A stretch of 64,000 nt of DNA from an uncultured archaeon (GTDB taxonomy: Archaea; Thermoproteota; Bathyarchaeia; Bathyarchaeales; Bathycorpusculaceae), in assembly GCA_963782915.1 (NCBI GenBank), contig CAWALK010000025.1, positions 32,001 through 96,000 on the forward strand. The letters are read 5' to 3'. Position numbers and translations under genes: made by a program. The notes under the pieces are model-generated. The model saw only the letters and a program-made list of their open reading frames with translations, was not told where the DNA came from and ran no database searches. This document shows, piece after piece, positions 55,493 through 64,000 of the stretch (its first letter is position 1; the number at the start of each line of letters is the position of its first letter).

Positions 55493-58173
55493 ATGAAAAT
55501 ACAAAATAAAAGAATAACAACAATGTTTTCATTGATATTGATACTTTCAATCGCAGCCTCAATGGCACTATCACCAACAATAAAGGGACAAGTCTATCCC
55601 CCCTCAGGCACACACATACCAACTTATTCTTTCATCAACGTCTACCCTAACCCCGCAGGAATCGGCCAAACAGTCACGGTGAACTTCTTCCTTTCCACGC
55701 CTCCAGAAAACGGAGCCCAAGGCGGAGTACCCACAAACATGTCGGTGCTCGTCACCTATCCGGACGGCTCAGTTAAATCTCTGGGAAACGGCAACTTTAC
55801 AGGAGACCAAACAGGCGGAACATTCACAACCTTCACCCCAACCGCAACCGGCAACTATTCATTCAAATTCGTTTACGGCGGCCAAACACTCGGCGGCGTA
55901 CGCTCAGCAACCAACTATGCAAACCTAATCCTTGACCCAAGCGAAAGCAAACCCGTCATACTCAGTGTACAAGAAGAACCCGTCATGGAAACCTCTTGGC
56001 CAGTAACACCGCTTCCAACAGAATATTGGCAAACACCGGTATCCGCACAGAACGTCCAAGAATGGTACAAAATCATGGGACCCTGGCTTGGACTGGGCGC
56101 AAACACATTTGCACAAACAGGCGCTTACAACTCCACAAGCTACACTAACCCCTACACTACATCAGTAAACAGCGGCCACGTAATGTGGACCAAAGTTTGG
56201 GCAGCAGGCGGTATAGCAGGCGGAGACTTAGGCGGAAACGAAATCGACAGCAGCTACTGGGCAACCAGACAATACCAACCACAATATGCACCGGTCGTCA
56301 TCAACGGCATCATGTACTCAACACAGTTCCCCGATGACATGGGCACAAACATGGCATACGGCCTCCTCGCAACTGATTTGTACACTGGAAAAACGATGTG
56401 GACACTCAACACAACCAACCCACTACGGTGCGGTATGGTCATGAGTTATAAACACATTAACCAGTACGGCGCTATCGGACCATTCCTATGGACCACAGGC
56501 ACCCTACCGGCATCTGACACAGGCGGCAGCTTAATCCCAAACAGCGGCACCCAATGGAACATGTACGACGCCTTAACAGGCATGTACGTCTTAAGCATAA
56601 CCAACGGCACAACCATGACACTGCGCACCGACGAAAGCGGCGGCCTAATCGGCTACTACGTCAACAACACAGTCGGAGCATGGAGCGAAATGACACATCC
56701 AACACCTGGCCAAAACGTAATAGCAAACGGCACAGGCCCACACTTAACATGCGTAAACATGACTATGGCTATTGGACAAACAGGCGGCTCATGGCAAGTA
56801 GGTAAAAACACAGTACGTGCAATGAACACCGGCGAAATGTGGTCAGTACAATTACCGTCAAACATTTCAGGTGCTCAAATCAGCCCCGCCCTATCACTCA
56901 GCGGCATAACCGGCGACGCAGTCGTCTTGAACTCAGGATGGGTTCACGGCGCAGGAACCGGCGGCGAAATGGCAGGCTGGTTAGTCATGGTAAGCATAGA
57001 CCAAAACGACGGACACCTACTCTACTCAGCAAACTTAACCTACGCCCAAGGATACAAAACCCTACTCCCATACACTAGAACCAACAGTGCATTCGGCGAC
57101 GGCAAACTCTTCATAGAAAACGAAGCAAGCTACGGAGTCGAAGCCATCGACGTACGCACAGGCGCACTAGTCTGGTCTAAAACATTCACAGGCGACAACG
57201 GCGCAGCACCAAACATTTACGACAACTTCGGCTTAAAACACTACATCTCAAACGGCAAACTCATCACCGAAGGCTTAGGAGGCGACGTATGGTGCCAAAG
57301 CACAGCCACAGGCGAATTCCTATGGTACACCAACACAACCAAACTCATTGGTTCACCGGGAATCGAAACACCCTATGGCATCTGGCCACTCTGGGTCTTC
57401 AACTGTGCAGCATTCACAAACGACGTAGCATACCTCCCAGTCGGACACGAATATAACCCACCACTATTCCACGGCGCACAAATGATCGCAGTCAACCTAA
57501 CCGACGGCAGCTTAGTCTGGAGCGAACTCGGCATGTACATCCGATCCACAGAAGTCAGCTACGGCATCATGCTATCACTAAACGCATACGACAACCAAAT
57601 CTACGCATACGGTAAAGGACCAACCCAAACAACCATCGCAGCCCCAAACATGGGAGTAACCACTGCAACCCCAATCACCATCACAGGCTCAGTAACCGAC
57701 ATCTCAGCAGGCACACAACAAAACGAAATCGCCCTAAGATTCCCCAACGGAGTACCAGCAGTCTCTGATGCAAGCCAAAGCAGATACATGGAATACATCT
57801 ACCAGAAACAAGCCGCACCCAGCGACGTACAAGGCGTACCAGTCACATTAAACGTAGTTGATGCAAACGGCAACACAAGAACCATCGGCATGACCACAAC
57901 AAACTCTATGGGCACATTCGGCTTCAACTGGACCCCCGACATTGCAGGCGCATACACCATAACAGCAAGCTTCGGCGGCTCCGAATCATACTATAAATCA
58001 CAAGCCTCAACAGTGCTCTATGCAGCTGAATCAGCAACCACAGCACCAACCACCACAACACAAACAGGTTAGCAACAACAGCTGATTTAATGCTCTACAT
58101 GGCAGTCGGCGTAGTTGCAATCATCATTGCAATTGCAATCCTTGGTCTGCTCATCCTAAGAAAACACGCATAA
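55493..58173 (+). CDS. Large PQQ-like beta-propeller surface protein (frameshift near 58068)
   Basis: Signal peptide, PNP.GIGQ, LPTEYW..P, D..TG..W repeats, NAYDNQIY.YGKGP, C-terminal TM in next frame. Confidence 0.88.
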
Positions 58174-58355
58174 ACAACCAATCAAACTCTTTCCCTTTTC
58201 CTTTTTTTGAAGCTTAGTTTTTAGTTAGTAGTTGTTGCCAAAAACCCCCTATACACAACCACAACCAATAGCATCTGAGAACGTTTTTGTGAGTTGCGTT
58301 TGATTAAAAAGTTTAAAGGCTGTTCTGTTCTTAGTTTTATTTGGCGATTGTTCCA

Positions 58356-60732
58356 GTGAAACTTGTTTTTTGGCTGCTTGACATTAACCCAAAAGTGGAC
58401 GGTGACAAAGTGGAGTTGTGGCTCTGGGGCATCGACCAAACGGGCAACCGAGTGCTTTTTGTTGAGCGCAACTTTACCGCCTACTTCTATGCGGTGCTGC
58501 ATGGGGGCGCTGACGGAGCGGCAGTATCAGAAACAATCCTGCTCAATTGCGCTTCCACCGTAGCCAAAGCCGAAGTTGTTCCCCGACGCTTCTTCGGCAA
58601 ACCCGTAACCGCCATCAAAGTCAGCCTTAAAGATGCCACCCAAACCAGCAAAGTAGCCCGCCAAATACGCAAAATCGACGGAGTCTCCGACTGCTACGAA
58701 GACGACATACGCGCCGCCATGCGCTACCTAATAGACAACGGCGTCGTGCCCTGTAGTTGGCATGAAGTAGACGCTATCAGAAACAGAAAACACACAAGCG
58801 GTGAGGGCAGCTAAGGTTTACTTGATTACTTCCCCGCCTAAACCCCTCGAGACCACTCTGGTAGCGCCGCCTTTGCGGCTTCTTGCTTTTTCGATGATAT
58901 GCTACAGCCGCGAAGGCTCCCCTAAACCCGACAGAAACCCCATCATCCTACTCTCAACAGTAGCAAGCAATGGCGAAGAAAAACAGTTCACCGCCGGTGA
59001 GGATAAAGATGACAAACCAATCATCAAAGCCTTCATGGAATACATCCGCAGCTTCGACCCCGACGTCATCGTAAGCTACGGCGCAAACACAACCGACTGG
59101 AATTATCTACTGCAAAGAAGCCACCAATACGGTTTACTTCTGGATTTTGATAGAGCCGCCTTTGAACCTCATACCAGCGTGTATGGGCATGTTTCAGCCA
59201 CCGGCATCGTCAACGTCGATTTAGCAGATTTCACCAGTATGTTTCCAGAAGTTAAGGTAAAGACGCTCTCCAACTTTGCTGACCATTTAGGTTTAGCTGG
59301 CGAAGCTGGGGCTGTGGTTGAGGCTGTGCTGTTTGCCCAGTACTGGGATAATCCAGAAAAACGCGGCGAATTGCAAAAGTTTGCCTTAGATAGTGCCCAT
59401 AGAGTGCTGGGGGTGGCGGGTTTGCTACTGGATTTTGCCATTCAACTCTCAAGCTTAACCAGCCTGCCACTGGACCACGTTATGGCGGCTGCAACTGGTT
59501 TCCGTGTAGAGTGGTACCTGATTAAGCAGGCGCAGAGAATCGGTGAAATCGTTCCCCGACGAGTCGAGCAACCCTACATACCCTACACAGGCGGCTTGGT
59601 GCTGTCTCCGCAGCCCGGTTTGCACGAAAACATCGCCGTTTTAGACTTCAAATCCATGTACCCCAACATCATGATAACCTACAACCTCTCCCCCGACACC
59701 TACATACAAACAGGCGACCCTGAACCATCCGAAGGCGTTTACATAGCGCCGGAGGTTAAGCATCGTTTCCGTAAGCAGCCGCCGGGATTCTACAAAGAAG
59801 CCCTCACATACCTAATTGAAGTAAGGGCTACAGTTCGCAAACAAATGAAGCTGCTGAAGCCTAAAACGGTTGAGTACCAAGTTTTGGATGCCCGTCAGAA
59901 AGCCGTAAAAATCCTCACCAACGCCGCTTATGGCTACGCAGGCTGGGTAGGCGCAAGATGGTACATTAAACCCGTCGCCGAAGCCGCCTCCGCATGGGGA
60001 CGACACATCATTTTGACTGCTTCACAGATGGCACAAAAAGCTGGCATCGAAGTAATTTATGGGGACACAGACAGCCTATTCATCAAATACGACGCAGCCA
60101 AAGCAGAGCAGCTACAGCAAGACATCCAAGCGGAATTCAAGTTAGACGTGGAAATCGGCGAAGTCTATGTGCGCATCTTTTTTACTGAAGCCAAAAAACG
60201 CTATGCAGGCTTACGCAAAGACGGCAGCTTGGATATTGTGGGCTTAGAAGTTATTCGCGGCGACTGGGCAGAAGTAGCTAAAAAAGTGCAGGAGCATGTC
60301 CTCGAAATTATCCTCAAGGAACAGTCACCCAAAAAAGCCGTCGAATACGTGCGCTCAACGGTTTCTGATTTGCGCCATAAACGGTTGCCCTTGACTGATT
60401 TGATTATTTGGAAGACACTCACTAAGCCGCCGGAGCAGTATGCAATTAGGGCTCCCCATGTGGAAGCAGCAAAAATGCTCCTTGCGAGGGGTTGGCGTTT
60501 AAGTGGCGGCGACAAAGTTGGCTATGTTGTTTTAGCTGGCAAGGGCGCTCTGTATTTGCGTGTGATGCCCTATGTCTTCGCTAAAACTGAAGATGTGGAC
60601 GTTGATTATTATGTTACAAATCAAGTGTTGCCAGCGGCAGCGCGTATACTGAGCTTTTTTAATGTAACACAAAAAGAGCTTGAATTAATTACAAAAGAAG
60701 AAAAAACTAAGAGCCTAACTGATTATTTTTAG
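58356..60732 (+). CDS. polB: Family B DNA polymerase, PolB3-type (frameshift near 58785)
   Basis: DFKSMYP, KILTNAAYGY.GW.GARWY, YGDTDS, KKRYAG. Confidence 0.95.
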
Positions 60733-61937
60733 GCTTGGTCTTTGGGGATGACGGTTTGGAACGTCATCAATTCAACGTTGAGTGCTGGCTTCACTGCTTC
60801 AGATACGCGTGAGGCAACGATGCGTTTGATGCTTTTGGTTGCTGCGATGTCAACGATGCGTTGTGTAATGATGCCGTCAAAGACTACTGTGTCGACGTCT
60901 GCCATTTGTGAAAGCTTCTCTGCGAGTTGGCTGACTGGTAGGCGTTCGATTAATTCGAGTTTGTCGTTTAATAGGACTGCTTCGAGTGTGCCGATGAGTG
61001 CTTTTGCTGCTTGAACGATTGTCTCTGGAACTTCGACTTTAACGCGTTCAGGAATCACTAGTGCGGGTGCTGCTGGTGCTTGGGGCATTGGCTTCTTTAT
61101 TGGTGGTGTTGGTTTGCCCATGAGTTCGCTGACTGGTATACGGCCTTCGATGGCTTCTGCGATTTCTTTGCAGTTGCATTCCTCGATTTCTTTGCCTCTT
61201 GGTGCGCGGCCGACGTATTTGACGTTGGTTACTTGGAGGAGTTCTTTTTGGATTAAGTCTCCGCCTCTGTCGCCGTCGAGTAGTGCTGTTGCGTTGCGTT
61301 CTTTGGTGATTTTCTTGATTGAATCGGGAACTTTTGCGCCTTCGAGTGCAACGGTGTTAAAGATTCCGCATCGCATCAAATTGATTACGTCTGCTCTGCC
61401 TTCGACTACATAGATGTCTTTGCTGCCTTCTAAGCCGGGGCCTGCTGGTAGGTCTTCGGGACCGTACTTTTCGACTTTGCCGACTTTCATGGTGTCGCTG
61501 ATTTCTTTGTATACTTCGTCTACGCTTGGCATTGATTCGATGTTCCATTTGTGCAGGATTTCTTTGGCGCGGTCGATGATGATCTTTCGGCGTGCTTCAC
61601 GGATGTCTTCTATGCGTTCAAGGAAAACTTTTGCGCTGCATGGTCCGACGCGGTTTATGCTCTCAACGCTTGCTGCGATGAGTGCAGTGGAAACGCGGTC
61701 GAGGCTGGTAGGTATGGTTATTGAGCCTGTTGTGCGGTCGTTTTTAGAATGTAAGTCGATTTCTATTCTGCCGATGCGCCCGGTTTTTTGCAGTTCTCTT
61801 AAATCGAGTTCGGGACCGAAAAGTCCTTCTGTTTGCCCGAAAACTGCGCCGATGACATCGGGTTTTTCAACGACTCCTTCAATTTCAAATCTAGCGTGTA
61901 CAACGTACTTTATCGTAAAGGTTTGGGATGTTCCCGT
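60729..61937 (-). CDS. dnaG: Archaeal DnaG primase-like protein
   Basis: Continuous frame with GVVEKPDVIGAVFGQTEGL, TOPRIM VVEGRADV and DGDRGG, VFDGIITQR; ACG at the expected start. Confidence 0.93.
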   Translation of the reverse strand, partial: TGTSQTFTIKYVVHARFEIEGVVEKPDVIGAVFGQTEGLFGPELDLRELQKTGRIGRIEIDLHSKNDRTTGSITIPTSLDRVSTALIAASVESINRVGPCSAKVFLERIEDIREARRKIIIDRAKEILHKWNIESMPSVDEVYKEISDTMKVGKVEKYGPEDLPAGPGLEGSKDIYVVEGRADVINLMRCGIFNTVALEGAKVPDSIKKITKERNATALLDGDRGGDLIQKELLQVTNVKYVGRAPRGKEIEECNCKEIAEAIEGRIPVSELMGKPTPPIKKPMPQAPAAPALVIPERVKVEVPETIVQAAKALIGTLEAVLLNDKLELIERLPVSQLAEKLSQMADVDTVVFDGIITQRIVDIAATKSIKRIVASRVSEAVKPALNVELMTFQTVIPKDQA

Positions 61938-62189
61938 AAATATGCAACTCCTGTAAAGATTTTATTATATTATGTGTTAATCGCACTATGCAAGTTATTC
62001 TCGCATTGATGAGATTTTGATCTACTGATTAAGAATTTAGGTGCAAGCCGTCTAATAATACTTGTGGTGTCATGATTCAGTCGTCTAATTAGCTAAAAAG
62101 CCCAAGTCTGGGGCTAATCCACACCAAAACAGCGACCTTTACCCTTCAACTTAAATAATCATAACTACAAAAGAGAATACGATACCCAA

Positions 62190-62985
62190 ATGAGCCTGCA
62201 CCTTAACCCAGAATACGACAGCCTCCTGCCCCGAATGTCAGAGGAAGAATTCGCTGAACTAAAAAAATCCATACAAAGCGAAGGCCAACACTACCCCATT
62301 ATAGTTAACGAAAACCTCGAAGTCCTCGACGGACACCACCGCTTCCGCGCCTGCACTAGAACTCGGCTTAGACCCAGACTTCGAAGTCAAACAATTCGAC
62401 GACAAACTGCTTGAAAAAAAATTCGTCATAGAAGCTAACCTACGGCGACGGCACCTAAACAACTTCCAACTCGTCGAATTGGCCGTGCCACTGCTCGAAA
62501 TCGAAAGGGCTCTGGCTAAGCAGAGGCAATCTAAGGGCGGAAAAAACGGTCGCGACTTCCAATTAGGCTTAAACACAGATGGGTTAGCGCCTGAAGACGC
62601 AGAGCCTACTCCGGAGGCTGCGGGAAAAGCCACGGAAGTAGTTGCTAAAAGAGCAGGCGTTTCAACCCGAACCCTTGAGCGGGGCAAAAGAATCCTCGAA
62701 GAAGCCAGCGAAGACGATAAGCAGAAACTTAGGGAAGGCAAAACAAGCATCTCTAAGGTTTATCAGGAAATAGTCGGCGAAAGCAAACCTCAGCCTGCGC
62801 CAGAGCCAGTGAAAATGGATTCCGAACGTGACTTACACAACAAAGAGGAGCTCTTAGCCATTTTGGAGCGGTTCATAGATGAGGAACTGTATTGTCCTTC
62901 CTGCGGAAACACTATGTTTGAATGCAGCAAATGCCACCGAACACTCAGAGAGTTACTCGCCAAGTACAAAGCAGACAAACTCTAA
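62190..62985 (+). CDS. ParB/Srx N-terminal domain protein with HTH and C-terminal Zn ribbon (frameshift near 62355)
   Basis: ELKKSI..G..PI.V..LDGHHR.RAC, NLRRRHL, CPSC..CSKC. Confidence 0.8.
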
Positions 62986-63059
62986 TCTCACTTTATTTAG
63001 GGTTTTTTGTAGTCAACCGCCGGAAAACTTGAATAGAACCTCCCTACCTTGAGCACTCA

Positions 63060-63251
63060 ATGAAAGCTCTCATAGACCCAAACAAGTGCAGCCACTGCGA
63101 AAAATGCGCTGTCGCCAAAGAATGTCCCATTAAAGCTGTTTTTCGCATAAGCGATGACGAATCAGCAGTGGTAGACATGGGTATTTGTCATGGTTGCGGG
63201 TTGTGTGTGGCTAAGTGCCCTGCACATGCCGTCCTTATGCGAGAAGGCTAA
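63060..63251 (+). CDS. 2x[4Fe-4S] ferredoxin
   Basis: CSHC..C....CP and CHGCGLC...CP. Confidence 0.85.
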   Translation: MKALIDPNKCSHCEKCAVAKECPIKAVFRISDDESAVVDMGICHGCGLCVAKCPAHAVLMREG

Positions 63252-63253
63252 GT

Positions 63254-63916
63254 TTACTGGACTCTGTTTTCGATTATTTGCTTAATCAGCCGCTGCTCCG
63301 CTTTACGCAGGTGCTCCACAACAGTAGAATCCACAAGCTTGAGTTTCTTACCCAACTCTTCGGAAGTGATTTTTCTCGGAATATCATAATAGCCCAGCTT
63401 GTATGCCATGAGCAAAACTTCCTGTTGCTTCTCCGTCAATTGGCTAAGGGGCGAAATGGGCGAAAAGTTTGCATCCGCCAACAGCACCACTCGATAGTGG
63501 ATTGCTATTGCGTCCAATTTTTCCATGAAATCCTTGATTTGTGATTCGCTGCCCAAAAAAGAAAACTTTACTTTACCATCCGCAATGCCTAAGGGCGGAA
63601 ACAAGTAGCCGGCGTCAATGCCGATATAGTTTAAAACGGATGATAAGCCGGGTGCTCCGCTGCGAGTGAAAAGGATGTAGGCGCCGTTTTTTTCTTTCTC
63701 TATGATTTGGGCGTCGAAGAGTAAGGTGTTTTTTATTAGGTCTTCGACTTTTGAGGTTGGGTCTTTGAATTCTACGCGGGATATTGCTGCGAATTCTGTG
63801 TCGTCTTGTCGTAGGAAGTATAGGAGTTCGAGTGATTTGATTTTTTTAAGTGGCGGTAGTTCGATGCCTGCTTTGCCTAATTCTTTTTCGTGGACTTCAA
63901 GGATTAGTCGACGCAT
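63254..63916 (-). CDS. Bat/HTH_10-family transcriptional regulator
   Basis: LTEKQ..L..AY..GYYDIPR....EL...L....STV.EHLRKAE. Confidence 0.88.
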   Translation of the reverse strand: MRRLILEVHEKELGKAGIELPPLKKIKSLELLYFLRQDDTEFAAISRVEFKDPTSKVEDLIKNTLLFDAQIIEKEKNGAYILFTRSGAPGLSSVLNYIGIDAGYLFPPLGIADGKVKFSFLGSESQIKDFMEKLDAIAIHYRVVLLADANFSPISPLSQLTEKQQEVLLMAYKLGYYDIPRKITSEELGKKLKLVDSTVVEHLRKAEQRLIKQIIENRVQ

Positions 63917-64000
63917 ACCTAAACGTGGGTTATTTACCCTATATGTCTTTTGAAGACCCGAGCCCACTCGGTACAATCTATAAGAGCAGCCGAGCTGTCC

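Overview
Archaeal chromosomal window, most likely from a Bathyarchaeia member. This rests on fwdDBAC without mcr in the window, crenarchaeal-type PolB3, archaeal DnaG, a Snf7/ESCRT-III gene, an isolated 5S rRNA and PQQ-like beta-propeller surface proteins. About 25 genes carry single-base frameshifts, most simply explained by long-read consensus error, so many coordinates are joined across frames. Main blocks: enolase; fwdDBAC with fdhD and mobAB; a degenerate tRNA followed by a small island; a Mo/W and Se region; sudBA (Nfn-type); a type IV pilus locus with four tandem major pilins; an accessory region split by a 33-bp repeat into single-gene units; and polB, dnaG and a parB-like gene. The four most interesting signals are: (1) three copies of a 24-bp ModE-type palindrome (CGATATGA-N8-TCATATCG) linking an ECF S component, two Cys-less molybdopterin-binding-fold surface proteins and a secreted metallophosphoesterase, a candidate Mo/W-cofactor salvage regulon; (2) a LysR/DsrE/TusA/double-cubane/SelD selenium cluster; (3) a repeat-delimited gene cassette array at 49.2-51.8 kb; (4) a pilin array with constant and hypervariable segments and a conserved 3' hairpin. 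All family assignments come from motif recognition by eye, not from database searches.
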